DNA of 50,294 nt, taken from the NCBI GenBank assembly GCA_016930855.1, contig JAFGFX010000323.1, positions 1 through 50,294 of the forward strand, in the 5' to 3' direction. This DNA comes from Sedimentisphaerales bacterium (lineage in GTDB: Bacteria; Planctomycetota; Phycisphaerae; Sedimentisphaerales; SM23-30). Within the stretch, counting starts at the first letter, position 1, and each line of letters starts with the position of its first letter. Below, one piece after another: positions 26,653-36,328 of the stretch. Below the pieces are notes generated by a model that worked only from the letters and a program-made list of their open reading frames with translations, had not been told where the DNA came from and ran no database searches. The position numbers were made by a program, and so were the translations under genes.

Positions 26653-28389
26653 TCAAGCCACCAGGTCCACGGCGTTGAATTCCAGGGCCTGCCACTGGCC
26701 AGGCGGCGGATTCGGTCCGTCCGCCTCGGCCGCGTCCGACTCGGCCGGGCGGAACGATTCAAACGAATTCGCATCCGAGGGATCCCGGCCGCCGGTTTGC
26801 GGCTGGCCCCGCGAATCGTCGCGGGAAAACAAACCGGCGTCCTCCTGGCTCGAACGCGGATGGGAGCTGTCTTCCTGCAGATCCATCCGCAGCTGAATAT
26901 CGATCTGGCGCGGCTGGAGCCCCTGGGCGTCCAGCGCCGCCCGCAACTCGTGGGCGTTCTGCTGCAATAACTGCTGCGCCTTGGCGTTCGAAACCTGCAA
27001 TTGCATGGTCAGTCCGTCCGCGTTCTGCTTGATCTCGATCCGCAGGGAGCCCAGCTCGGGCGGCTCCAGCCGTATCTGCATCCGCGATGATCCCTGGCGG
27101 ACGCCGGCCCGGGCCGTCCGCACGATATGATCGACGTTCTCCTGCATCCGGGCCGCGTCCGGCGACGCCGATTTCGGCAGCGGATTTTCGCCGGGCGTCT
27201 TGAGGCCCAGCGTCTTGGCCGCCTCCGGCGACCGGGCCGACTGTACGGCCCACGGGATCTCGGACCTGCTTCGTTGTTCGCTTGGGACTGGCGCACCGTG
27301 GGTTTCGGCCGCCGGGCGAATCGCCGCCGCCTCCGCTGCCGCCGGCGGTTTTGCCGCGGCGCCGTTCTTTTCCGCCGCACCCAGCGTGCGGTCCTGCCGT
27401 TTCGACGCCTCGTCCGCGATCGGCTGGGCCTCCACCGCCGGCGGGGCCTGGGCCTGCGGCTCGCTGACCGCCGGCGTCGGGATCTTCTCGGTCGTCTCCA
27501 CGACCGAAGAAGCGATCCGGGCCGTATCCGGTCGATCCACCGGCTCAGCCGCCGGGGATGATTCCGATGCCGCCGACGGGTGAACCGATCCCTCCTTCGC
27601 CATCGCCGAAGCCGCCGGCCTGTCGTGGCCGCCGTCCGTCGTCGGTCTGGCCGGCACCGATGTCTCGGCCGGCCTGGCCAGCGTCGGATCCGACGTCTTT
27701 ACCTTGGCCGGCTGGCCGGTCGTATCCGTTGGACCGGCGGCATCCGCCGTTGACGACGATTTGGCCGCCACCGGTTTCACCTGGACCTGCCCGGCCGGCC
27801 GGCCGGAGTCGTCCGGTCCGGCGGCCTGGCCGACGGCCTGGCCGGCGGCCTTGCCGGCGGTCTGGTTAGCGCCGGCCGGATCCGCGACGGCCTGCACGTT
27901 CGCCGCCAAACGGATCGCTTCGCCAGCCGGACCCGCCGCCGGGCCCGATTGCGTCTGGCCGTTCTGGGGATTCGACGCCTCCGGCTGCGCCGCAGAGTCG
28001 GTCGTCCCCGGATCGGCTCCGGCGTTCTGGGGCTCGTCCGAATCGACCGATTCCGCCGAGTCCGGTTGCTCTATCGTCTCCGGCTCCTGGTCGGCGACGG
28101 CCTGCGACTCGGTCGCGTCCACGTCGTCCAACCATGATTCATTATCGATCATCTCTTCCGGCGTCGGATCCGTCTGCGAACCGGCGGCCGACCCGGTCCG
28201 CTCGCCGCTGCCCTGCCGCCGGTCGGCGGCCGTGGCCACCTGACGTTCGCCGAGCCGCTCGGAGCGGCCGGCCTGCTCATACGCCTTCTCGAAGAGGCTG
28301 GAAAACACCTCGCCGCAAGCCGTTTGGGCCTTCGGCCGACTGGCGGCCGCATCCAGGCGCACCTGTTCAAATGAAATCGTTCGCATCAT
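26653..28389 (-). CDS. fliK: hook-length control protein FliK-like
   Basis: 578 aa. Long Ala/Pro/Gln-rich low-complexity middle. C-terminal Flg_hook-type segment (RMQIRLEPPELGSLRIEIKQNADGLTMQLQVSNAKAQQLL). Confidence 0.75.
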   Translation of the reverse strand: MMRTISFEQVRLDAAASRPKAQTACGEVFSSLFEKAYEQAGRSERLGERQVATAADRRQGSGERTGSAAGSQTDPTPEEMIDNESWLDDVDATESQAVADQEPETIEQPDSAESVDSDEPQNAGADPGTTDSAAQPEASNPQNGQTQSGPAAGPAGEAIRLAANVQAVADPAGANQTAGKAAGQAVGQAAGPDDSGRPAGQVQVKPVAAKSSSTADAAGPTDTTGQPAKVKTSDPTLARPAETSVPARPTTDGGHDRPAASAMAKEGSVHPSAASESSPAAEPVDRPDTARIASSVVETTEKIPTPAVSEPQAQAPPAVEAQPIADEASKRQDRTLGAAEKNGAAAKPPAAAEAAAIRPAAETHGAPVPSEQRSRSEIPWAVQSARSPEAAKTLGLKTPGENPLPKSASPDAARMQENVDHIVRTARAGVRQGSSRMQIRLEPPELGSLRIEIKQNADGLTMQLQVSNAKAQQLLQQNAHELRAALDAQGLQPRQIDIQLRMDLQEDSSHPRSSQEDAGLFSRDDSRGQPQTGGRDPSDANSFESFRPAESDAAEADGPNPPPGQWQALEFNAVDLVA

Positions 28390-28445
28390 GCTGCTGTAGT
28401 CCTTCGTCCTGGGTCGGATCCGCCGCCCGGCGGCACTAATCGCGC

Positions 28446-29099
28446 CTATCCTTCCGTATCGCTCTGGGGAGGTTTTAGACTGATCACCCGCTGCTTTTCC
28501 AGCATCTGCATCAACTGCAGGCGCTTGGTCTGTTCCTCCGGCGTGCGAAACTGCTCCAGGATCTGGGTGGCCACGTCGGGCTTCATCGCCGACAGGTAGC
28601 GCACCGCCTCCTGGTCCGTCATCTTCATCAGGTCGTCCTTGGCCGTCTTGGGCTTCATGTTGGCATAGGCCTTCAGCGATTTCTGAAATCCTTCGCTCTG
28701 GGCCTCGGCGTTGTACTGGCTCAGCTTCGTCTCGAAAACCTGCTGATCGTCGACCAGCCGTCTCAGGTCCCCTTCCATCTTTTTCCTGGCCTCGTCCACC
28801 GTGTTCTGCATGGAGCGGGCCAGCTCCATGTCGCGCTCGATCTCGCGGGTCAAGACCTCCCGCTGGATCTCCATCGCCGCAATCCGGGCGCTGGCCTGCT
28901 GGGGCGTCTCCTTCTGCTCAACCGTTTCTGCCTCCGGCGGCGGCGGCACCAGGCTTTGGCCCTGCCAGGTGGCCAGGTACTGGGCCCGCTGGGCGGCATC
29001 CATCCGGCCGGTGGCCAGTCCATATCCGAGAAGTCCCAGGATCGCCAGGCCGTTGGCCAGCAATATCGCCAGAGCTATGGTCAGGAGCAGCTTTCCCAT
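28446..29099 (-). CDS. YlxF/FlbB-like flagellar protein (TM, coiled coil, MgtE-N-like C-terminus)
   Basis: Trimmed to the Met at 29099 (AGGAG RBS). One TM helix and a coiled coil. C-terminal KDDLMKMTDQEAVRYLSAMKPDVATQILEQF. Occupies the fliJ-ylxF-fliK slot known from Bacillus and spirochaete operons. Confidence 0.5.
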   Translation of the reverse strand: MGKLLLTIALAILLANGLAILGLLGYGLATGRMDAAQRAQYLATWQGQSLVPPPPEAETVEQKETPQQASARIAAMEIQREVLTREIERDMELARSMQNTVDEARKKMEGDLRRLVDDQQVFETKLSQYNAEAQSEGFQKSLKAYANMKPKTAKDDLMKMTDQEAVRYLSAMKPDVATQILEQFRTPEEQTKRLQLMQMLEKQRVISLKPPQSDTEG

Positions 29100-29159
29100 A
29101 TCCGAACTCCTGTCGCTTTTATCGCGATCCGCCGCGATCCGCCGCGGCAAACAAAGTCG

Positions 29160-29675
29160 TCAATGCGCCGCACCGGCGTTGCCGCCCGCGCGGCCGGGCA
29201 TCAGAGCGTCGTCGGCCGATCCCTCGCGGCAGGTCCGCTGATGGCCCTGGCCGGCAATTTCGTCCACCTGCCGCGCCTCGGTCTTTTGCACCTGCCGCTC
29301 GTAACGCCGCTTCTGCTTGTCGCGCAGCGTTTCCAGGATCTTGGTCTGCCGGGCGGCCTGGACCACCTCCTGCCGGGCCCCGTGCAGCTTCTGCTGCACC
29401 TGCGTCACCAGGCCGATCCGCTGCTGAATGGCGTTTTGCATGTGACAGACGTACCGGCGATAATGCGCCACCCATTCCAGATCCACCGTCCCCCGGCGGT
29501 ATTGCTGCTTGAGCTGCTCGCCCTGGCCCCGGATCGCCTCGGCCATCGCCAGCGCCTCCTGCTGATGGCGATGGATCTGGGTCAGCAGGGCGCCGACGAC
29601 CCTCTTTTTTTGATCTTCCTGCTGGCGTCGCAGACGCAGCAGCGGTTGCAGTCGAAATCGAAATCCCATGGTCAT
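29160..29675 (-). CDS. fliJ: flagellar export chaperone/stalk protein FliJ
   Basis: 171 aa. FRFRLQPLLRLRRQQED start, all coiled coil. Located directly after fliI. Confidence 0.7.
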   Translation of the reverse strand: MTMGFRFRLQPLLRLRRQQEDQKKRVVGALLTQIHRHQQEALAMAEAIRGQGEQLKQQYRRGTVDLEWVAHYRRYVCHMQNAIQQRIGLVTQVQQKLHGARQEVVQAARQTKILETLRDKQKRRYERQVQKTEARQVDEIAGQGHQRTCREGSADDALMPGRAGGNAGAAH

Positions 29676-29682
29676 CCATCCG

Positions 29683-31116
29683 CTACAATCCCGCCATCAT
29701 CCGTTCCAATCCCACCGACTCGGCGGCCGGCTTGGCGGCCGAGGGTTTGTCCTTCGCCGGGCCCGCCGCCGCCCGGCCGGCCGGCGCTTGGACCGCCTCG
29801 TACAATGCCTCGAACTGCCGGCCGGCCTCCGCCGGATCGATCGCCTCGGTTATGCCCTGCTGCAAAAACTGATTGATGTGCGGCTGGGCCCCCACGGCGC
29901 GATCCAGCTCGCCGCTGGTGCCGGGGGCATAGGCCCCGATGTTCACCAGGTCCTCGATGTCGCGATACACGGCGATCAATCCGACGATATCCCGCACCCG
30001 CCGGCGGTGCGGCTCGCCGGTGACATCCGGCATGATCCGGCTGATGCTCTCCAGCACGTCGATCGCCGGGTAATGCCCGCGGTTGGCCAGGTCCCGCGAC
30101 AGCCAGATATGGCCGTCCAGGATCCCCCGCATGGCGTCGGCGATCGGTTCGCTCAGGTCGTCGCCCTCCACCAGCACCGTGTAAAAGCCGGTGACGCTGC
30201 CGGCCGCCGTCCGCCCGGAACGCTCCACCAGGCTGGGCAGCAGCGCAAAGACGCTGGGCGTAAAGCCCTTGGTCGCCGGCGGTTCGTCGATCGCCAGGCC
30301 GATCTGCCGCTGGGCCATCGCGATCCGCGTCACCGAGTCCATCAGCAGCAGGACATCCTTGCCCTGGTCGCGGAAATACTCCGCGATGGTGGCCGCCACG
30401 AATCCCGCCCGCACCCGCAGCGGCGCCGGATCCTCCGAGGTGCTGGCCACCACCACCGCCCGCTGCAACCCCTGGGCCCCCAAATCCTTTTCGATGAATT
30501 CCCGCACCTCCCGGCCCCGCTCGCCCACCAGGGCGATCACGCAGACATCGGCGGTGGTGTTTTTGGCGATCATGCCCAGCAGGACGCTCTTGCCGACACC
30601 GGGCCCGCTGAAGATCCCCATCCGCTGGCCCCGGCCGCAGGTTAAGAGGGTATCGACCGCCCGGATGCCCGTTCCCATCGCCGTATCGATCCGCACCCGC
30701 TCCAGGGGCCCGATGCGCCTGCCGATGACCTGCCGGCGGACCTGACACTGCAGGTGCCCCCGGCCGTCTATCGGCCGGCCGCAGGCGTCGATCACCCGTC
30801 CCAGCAACTCGTCGCCCACCTCGATGCTGGCCTGGCCCTGGCAACAGCGCACGCGATCGCCGCGGGAGATGCCGTTCATCGGATCCAGCGGCATCAACAC
30901 GCTGATACGATCCCGAAATCCGATCACCTCGGCGCCGATGAGGCCGCCGTGGCGGGTGGCGATTTGGCACTGGGCCCCCACCGGCACGGGGAAATCCTTC
31001 ACCTGGACGGTCAATCCCTTGAGGGCACAGATCCGCCCTTCCACCTCGAAGGTCAACGTCCGCTCGACGGCCGCCAGGCGGTGTTGATAATCCTGATTTT
31101 CCCGGTTCTCTGTCAC
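29683..31116 (-). CDS. fliI: flagellum-specific ATPase FliI
   Basis: 477 aa. Walker A GPGVGKSVLLGMI, Walker B LLLMDSVTR, F1-beta-like fold motifs. Confidence 0.95.
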   Translation of the reverse strand: MTENRENQDYQHRLAAVERTLTFEVEGRICALKGLTVQVKDFPVPVGAQCQIATRHGGLIGAEVIGFRDRISVLMPLDPMNGISRGDRVRCCQGQASIEVGDELLGRVIDACGRPIDGRGHLQCQVRRQVIGRRIGPLERVRIDTAMGTGIRAVDTLLTCGRGQRMGIFSGPGVGKSVLLGMIAKNTTADVCVIALVGERGREVREFIEKDLGAQGLQRAVVVASTSEDPAPLRVRAGFVAATIAEYFRDQGKDVLLLMDSVTRIAMAQRQIGLAIDEPPATKGFTPSVFALLPSLVERSGRTAAGSVTGFYTVLVEGDDLSEPIADAMRGILDGHIWLSRDLANRGHYPAIDVLESISRIMPDVTGEPHRRRVRDIVGLIAVYRDIEDLVNIGAYAPGTSGELDRAVGAQPHINQFLQQGITEAIDPAEAGRQFEALYEAVQAPAGRAAAGPAKDKPSAAKPAAESVGLERMMAGL

Positions 31117-31171
31117 GCTTGTTTAGTCCCGCACGCGTCGATGCCTTCATGCCTCGAGGGCGTATGATTCC

Positions 31172-31972
31172 TTATGATTCCGCTTTCGTCTCGTCGGCCG
31201 GTTCACCGGCGGCCGGTTTGGCCCGGTCGAATTCATCTGCCGGGACGGATTTGTCCGCTCCGTCGTCGCCGGACGACTCATCGGTGAGCAGTTCCTCGGC
31301 AATGCGGCGGATCTGGGTGTCGAGTCGTCCGTCGATGCGGCCCTGTTCGGTGGCAAGCCGGCAGTCTCCCGGTGCCAGCGACTCGCTGGCCTCCAGCCGG
31401 ACATGATCGTAGCCGCTCAGACATCCGGCCGGATCCTCCCGGACGGCCTGCAGGTGGGCGAGGTCCTGGGGATGCACCTGGATGGTCAAATCGGTATCCT
31501 TGGTAATCAGCTCGAGCGCCGCCCGGACGTTTTCGGCGGCCACCCGGCCGGGTATCAGACCCGCCTGCTTGATCACCCGGCGGGCAATCGCCACGGCCAG
31601 GGCCACGGTCTGCTGCTGGGCCCGCCAGAGGATTTGGCGTTTTTGGCCGTCGAACTCCTGCAAGACCGCCTTGAGGCCCTGGACCAGCGATTCGTTCTGC
31701 CGGGCGAACTCGTCACGGGCCTGGTCAAAGGCCTCCCGCTGGCCCTGGGCGCGGCCCTCGGTCAGGCCCCGCGCCTGGCCGGCCTGGTACCCTTCCCGTT
31801 CGGCCTGCTGGCGGGCCTGCTCGGCCTGCCGGCGGGCCTGCTCGAGGACTTGATCGCGCTGCCGCCGGGCCTCGGCCAGGATGGAGCGGGCCTCCGCCTC
31901 GATATCCCCGAGGTTGAACAGCTGCGCCCGCGGCGCGCCGTGTTGGAATTCCGACGCCTTGAGCAAACCCAT
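31172..31972 (-). CDS. fliH: flagellar export ATPase regulator FliH
   Basis: 266 aa. Gln/Arg/Glu/Ala-rich coiled coil followed by a C-terminal globular part. Located between fliG and fliI. Confidence 0.75.
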   Translation of the reverse strand: MGLLKASEFQHGAPRAQLFNLGDIEAEARSILAEARRQRDQVLEQARRQAEQARQQAEREGYQAGQARGLTEGRAQGQREAFDQARDEFARQNESLVQGLKAVLQEFDGQKRQILWRAQQQTVALAVAIARRVIKQAGLIPGRVAAENVRAALELITKDTDLTIQVHPQDLAHLQAVREDPAGCLSGYDHVRLEASESLAPGDCRLATEQGRIDGRLDTQIRRIAEELLTDESSGDDGADKSVPADEFDRAKPAAGEPADETKAES

Positions 31973-32000
31973 TCGTACCGTTCCCTGTATCGTACGTACC

Positions 32001-33032
32001 CTAGACCACCAGTTCCGATTCGCCGCCCCGGCCGCTGATGATCAGCTCGCCGGCATCCTCCAGGCGGCGGACAATATCGACGATCTTCTGCTGTGCCGAC
32101 TCCACGTCGCTGAGCCGGACCGGCCCCATGTATTCCATGTCCTCCTTGATCAACTGGGCCGCCCGCTCGGACATGTTCGAGAAGATCTTGTTCTTCAACT
32201 CGTCGCTGGCCGTCTTGAGCGCCAGGGCCAGCTCCTCGTTGTCCACTTCCTTGAGCACCGCCTGGATGCCCTTGTCGTTGACGAGCAGGATGTCCTCGAA
32301 CACGAACATCAGCCGCCGGATCTGCTCGACCAGGTCCGGATCGTCGGTCTCCAGGCTTTCCAAAATCCCCTTTTCCGTGGCCCGGTCCGCCAGGTTCAAT
32401 ATCGAGGCGGCCGCCTCCACCCCGCCGGCCTTGTCGAAGGTCTGCGAGACGATATCGCTGAGGCGGGTTTCCAGTCCCGCCTCCACCTCCCGGATCACCT
32501 CCGGGTTCGTCTGGTCCATCGAGGCGATCCGCTTGACGACCTCGACCTGTTTCTGCTGGGGCAGGCCGGTGAGGATCTCCGCCGAGCGCTGCTCGGCCAG
32601 GTGCGCCAGGATCAGGGCGATGGTCTGGGGATGCTCGTCCTGGATGAAGGTCAGCACGTTGGCCGACTCCGCCTTCTGCAAAAATTGAAACGGCGCCTGC
32701 TGGATCGTCTGGGTGACCTGCTTGAGGATGTTCTGGGCCTCGTCCTTCGGCAGGCTTTTTTCCAGCAGCGCCTGGGCGTAATTCAAGCCGCCCTGCTCCA
32801 TGTAGCGCTGGGCCAGGGCCAGGTTGTAATATTCCTGCAGCACCCGGTCCTGTTCCTCGGGGTAAAAGCTGTCCAGTTCGGCGATCTGGCGGGTCACATC
32901 CTCGATCTGCTCCCGGGACAGGCGGCTCATGATCAGGGCGGCCGTGTCCCCACCCATCGAAATGAGCACCAGCGCCGCCTTTCGCAGGCCGGGCATCATG
33001 ATCGTTACGGCTTCTTCCACTTTCTTCGCCAT
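32001..33032 (-). CDS. fliG: rotor/switch protein FliG
   Basis: 343 aa. MFVFEDI motif and a C-terminal torque helix region (ALALKTASDELKNKIFSNMSERAAQLIKEDME). Confidence 0.95.
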   Translation of the reverse strand: MAKKVEEAVTIMMPGLRKAALVLISMGGDTAALIMSRLSREQIEDVTRQIAELDSFYPEEQDRVLQEYYNLALAQRYMEQGGLNYAQALLEKSLPKDEAQNILKQVTQTIQQAPFQFLQKAESANVLTFIQDEHPQTIALILAHLAEQRSAEILTGLPQQKQVEVVKRIASMDQTNPEVIREVEAGLETRLSDIVSQTFDKAGGVEAAASILNLADRATEKGILESLETDDPDLVEQIRRLMFVFEDILLVNDKGIQAVLKEVDNEELALALKTASDELKNKIFSNMSERAAQLIKEDMEYMGPVRLSDVESAQQKIVDIVRRLEDAGELIISGRGGESELVV

Positions 33033-33088
33033 GCGTCATCCACAATCCGCGTCGGCCTCGGCCGGGAGCCGGGCCCGCCGGGGCAGCG

Positions 33089-34777
33089 CTACTCCCGCTG
33101 CGAGATCCATTTGCCCACCAGATTGGCCGCCGTGTCCGGGGACTCCTTGACCATCTCCCGTATCTGTTCGAGCATCTGCTGCGACCGGACGGAGTTTTCA
33201 TCCATCTCGATGCCCGCCAGCAGCCCTCCCTCGGCCCCGTCGGCCAGATTGCTGTCCTCCAGGCCCAGGGCGTCCAGCGGTTTTTTGCCCTGCTTGAGCA
33301 TCAGGGCCGCCTCGTCCTCGGCGATCTCCACCGGGCCGGCCGCCCGGCGGACCATCATCAGCACCATGAACAGGGACAGGATCGCCAGGGCCGAAACGGC
33401 GATGTGCTTGCCGTAGCTGCGGACGATGTTCGTCATCGATCCGCCGGCGTTCGCCGCGGCCACGTCGAAGCCGCCCGGCGCGGCGCTGTTGTCCGCGATG
33501 CCGCCGCCCTCCCAGTAGGTGTTGATCACCACGCGCTCCTCGTTCTCGGGGCTGTCGACCAGGCCGATGGTGCTCAAGACGCTCTTCTGGATCTGGGGCA
33601 GATCCCGGTCCACCACCAGCTTGACCGCCGCGGTGTCGGGGGGCTGATCCTGACCGCTTTCCTTCTTGGCCATCTCCTCGAAATAGGAGATCGGCATCCG
33701 GACCGTGGCGGTGATCTCGCTGGCCCCGCCCTTGCCCGTGACGGCCACGGTCTTGGTCGATCCCATGCCCACCTGGTTGGTGCGGCTGGTCTCCTCGCTG
33801 CTTTGATTCTGACCGCCGGCGCTGTTGTTCATCATGGGACCGGCGGCATTGGCGATGACGCCCGGCTCCTGGGCCGACTGGCTCTCGGTGGTGGTCTCCT
33901 CCCGGTTGGTGCTATCCACCGTTACCACGGTCGTCCCATCGCCTTCGTTGGCGTACTTGGTGGTTTCCGTCTTGGTCTCCGTATTTAAGAGGGTCACGTC
34001 GACCTGGACCAGGGCGTTGGCCACCGGCAGGATCCCCAGAATCTTCTGGCGGTACTCCCGCTCGGCGCTGGCCTTCAACCGCCAGTAATCCGCGCTCATC
34101 TCCTCGCCTTCGGCGGGGATGGGGATCAGCTCGCCGTTGGCGACCACCTTGACGTCGCTGCGTTTCATGCGGCTGTTGGCGGCGCTGACGAACTCCGCCA
34201 CCGACAGCGCCAACCGGCGCGTCGGCTGCTCGGTCGGGGCCAACTGCAGCATCACCGAGGCCGAGGCCGTCGGCTGGACATTGCTCAGCCGGCGCTTGCC
34301 CGCCTCGTTGATGATGACCTGCGCCTTTTCCACGCCGGGAAACTGGGCGATGATCCGCGCCAGTTCCGTCTGCTTGATGATGAGCTTTTTGGTCTGCCGG
34401 ACATACTCGGGCGTCCAGATGTCGCTGTCCTCCAGCAGGATCGACCAGCCGATCGAGGTGTCTTCCGGCAGCATCCCGGCATAGGCCAGCCGGGCGAGCA
34501 GCTTTTTCTGGTCCGTCTTGGGCACCAGGATCCGGTCGCCCTTGAGCTGGTAGGACTGGTCCCAGCCCTCCAGCGTCGTGACGATCCGCTGGCGGGTGTT
34601 CTCGGCGAACGGCTGATCCAGCAGGGGGACCATCTCCCGCTGGCCGGAATAGCGGATCATCCATACGATCGCCCCGCCCATGATCACCAGCAACAGGATC
34701 ACCACCAGCCGCTGACTGGCCGTCAGGGCGCCCAGCTGCAGCTTGATCTGCTGAATTGTGCGGCGAAAGAACTCCAT
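33089..34777 (-). CDS. fliF: MS-ring protein FliF
   Basis: 562 aa. N-terminal TM helix, a large periplasmic region, a second TM helix (IAVSALAILSLFMVLMMV), and a C-terminal FliG-binding tail. Confidence 0.9.
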   Translation of the reverse strand: MEFFRRTIQQIKLQLGALTASQRLVVILLLVIMGGAIVWMIRYSGQREMVPLLDQPFAENTRQRIVTTLEGWDQSYQLKGDRILVPKTDQKKLLARLAYAGMLPEDTSIGWSILLEDSDIWTPEYVRQTKKLIIKQTELARIIAQFPGVEKAQVIINEAGKRRLSNVQPTASASVMLQLAPTEQPTRRLALSVAEFVSAANSRMKRSDVKVVANGELIPIPAEGEEMSADYWRLKASAEREYRQKILGILPVANALVQVDVTLLNTETKTETTKYANEGDGTTVVTVDSTNREETTTESQSAQEPGVIANAAGPMMNNSAGGQNQSSEETSRTNQVGMGSTKTVAVTGKGGASEITATVRMPISYFEEMAKKESGQDQPPDTAAVKLVVDRDLPQIQKSVLSTIGLVDSPENEERVVINTYWEGGGIADNSAAPGGFDVAAANAGGSMTNIVRSYGKHIAVSALAILSLFMVLMMVRRAAGPVEIAEDEAALMLKQGKKPLDALGLEDSNLADGAEGGLLAGIEMDENSVRSQQMLEQIREMVKESPDTAANLVGKWISQRE

Positions 34778-34843
34778 TTCTATTGCCCCGTTCGCACGAG
34801 CATCCCGGCGCGGCCGGCCGCCGTTACGGCCGCCGGCGGTCGG

Positions 34844-35158
34844 TTAGACCCGCATCTGCCGGATCTCCTCGTACGCATCCATGAGTTTGTTGCGTATCTG
34901 CATCAAGGTCTGAAAGGCGAGCTCCGCCTTCTTGACCGCCGTGAACACCTCGGCCACATTGTCCGTCTGGCCGGTTGCCAGCTGGAACCGGGCCTCGTCC
35001 GCCTGTTCCTGCAGTTGATTGACCTGCCGGATCGAGTCCATCAACAGGCTCTTGAAGTCCTTGCCGTCCTGGGTGACGGCCGGGGTGGTCGACGGGGCCG
35101 GAGCGATCTCCGGCCGGGTCAAACCGGTCGGCTGTAGGGATGAGTACTGCTCCACCAT
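34844..35158 (-). CDS. fliE: flagellar basal-body protein FliE
   Basis: 104 aa. FKSLLMDSIRQVNQLQ and the C-terminal AELAFQTLMQIRNKLMDAYEEI. Confidence 0.85.
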   Translation of the reverse strand: MVEQYSSLQPTGLTRPEIAPAPSTTPAVTQDGKDFKSLLMDSIRQVNQLQEQADEARFQLATGQTDNVAEVFTAVKKAELAFQTLMQIRNKLMDAYEEIRQMRV

Positions 35159-35233
35159 GGTTTGCCAGATTCCTGCGGCTATCCGCTCCGGTCAGCTCCT
35201 GCTGTTTCGGCGGGCTCCCAACAAGACAATCAC

Positions 35234-35258
35234 GGCCCGCCGGCTCCGCCGGCGGGCC
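35234..35258 (-). terminator. GC hairpin plus U-rich tail between flgC and fliE (possible attenuator)
   Basis: GGCCCGCCGG-5 nt-CCGGCGGGCC begins 7 nt after the flgC stop. The minus-strand RNA continues GUGAUUGUCUUGUUGG. Confidence 0.3.
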
Positions 35259-35264
35259 CCAATA

Positions 35265-35663
35265 CTAGGCAAGCAACCTGAGCGAGCTGTTCAGCATTGC
35301 TTTGCTTACCTCAATGGCCGTGATATTCGCTTCGTAGGCGCGGGACGCCTCCATCAGATTGACCATCTCCACCAGGGGGTCGATCCCCGGCAGCTTGACG
35401 TATCCGTCCGCGTTGGCGTAGGGATGATTCGGATCGTATTCCCAGCGAAACACATCCTCCCGGCGAATCTCCCGGACGTGCACCCCGGCGCTGCCGCGCT
35501 GCTGGGGGTCGGAGCCCTCGCCGAAGAGGACGCTGCGCCGGCGATAGGGTCCGCCCTGCGGCGTATCCACCACGTCGGCCATGGCGATATTCATGGCGGC
35601 CACGTTGGAACGGACCCGCTGGGCCACCAGTCCGGAGGTCGAAATGTCAATCGCATCAAACAT
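35265..35663 (-). CDS. flgC: proximal rod protein FlgC
   Basis: 132 aa. MFDAIDISTSGLVAQRVRSNVAAMNIA N-terminus and a conserved rod C-terminus. Confidence 0.9.
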   Translation of the reverse strand: MFDAIDISTSGLVAQRVRSNVAAMNIAMADVVDTPQGGPYRRRSVLFGEGSDPQQRGSAGVHVREIRREDVFRWEYDPNHPYANADGYVKLPGIDPLVEMVNLMEASRAYEANITAIEVSKAMLNSSLRLLA

Positions 35664-35752
35664 ATCTGCCGGTTCCTGCCCTGATTTTCCTTAGCGGCAA
35701 CGCGGCTGCCACCATCCGGTCGCCTTAGTCCCGGCGATCCTCAACCTCAGCA

Positions 35753-36190
35753 CTACAACCGCCCGCTGATGGCCGTCTGCAGCAAATTGTACTGCTGCCG
35801 CAGCAGCTCGGCCGCCACGTTATGCAGCAGGCCGTTCTGGGCCATCTGGCTCATCTGGTTCTCCACGGAGCGATTGTTCTGATCCTGAAACAGGATGTTC
35901 TGATTGGCCGCGGCCACCGAACGGGCCCGCAGCCGGCCGCCAGCATCCCAGCGGAGATTCCGCGTGTCCTGCGGCGCCAGAGGCGCCGAGGCCCCGGCCC
36001 GGTCCCGCCGCTCGATCGCCCGGTCCAAGGCCTGGTAAAACTCCTCGACCGGCAGGTCCTTCATGGTGTAGCCCACCGTATCGATATTACTGATGTTGTC
36101 GGCCAGGACCTGATGACGGGCCTCGGTAAAGGCCATCACCTGCTCCAAAACCGGCAGCGATCCGCGTTGTAACAAGCCGTCCAGCAGCAT
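35753..36190 (-). CDS. flgB: proximal rod protein FlgB
   Basis: 145 aa. RHQVLADNISNIDTVGY motif. First gene after the sigma54 promoter. Confidence 0.85.
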   Translation of the reverse strand: MLLDGLLQRGSLPVLEQVMAFTEARHQVLADNISNIDTVGYTMKDLPVEEFYQALDRAIERRDRAGASAPLAPQDTRNLRWDAGGRLRARSVAAANQNILFQDQNNRSVENQMSQMAQNGLLHNVAAELLRQQYNLLQTAISGRL

Positions 36191-36328
36191 AAATCCATTA
36201 TTCCGTTAACGTTATGGCTCTGGAGAACAATATTCCGTCCCGAGCCGCTGCCAAGAATCCGTCCCGACAATCCGGTCGCCGGAAAGAATCCGGCCAAACA
36301 CAGACACTCCGCGGCCCATTTATTATCC

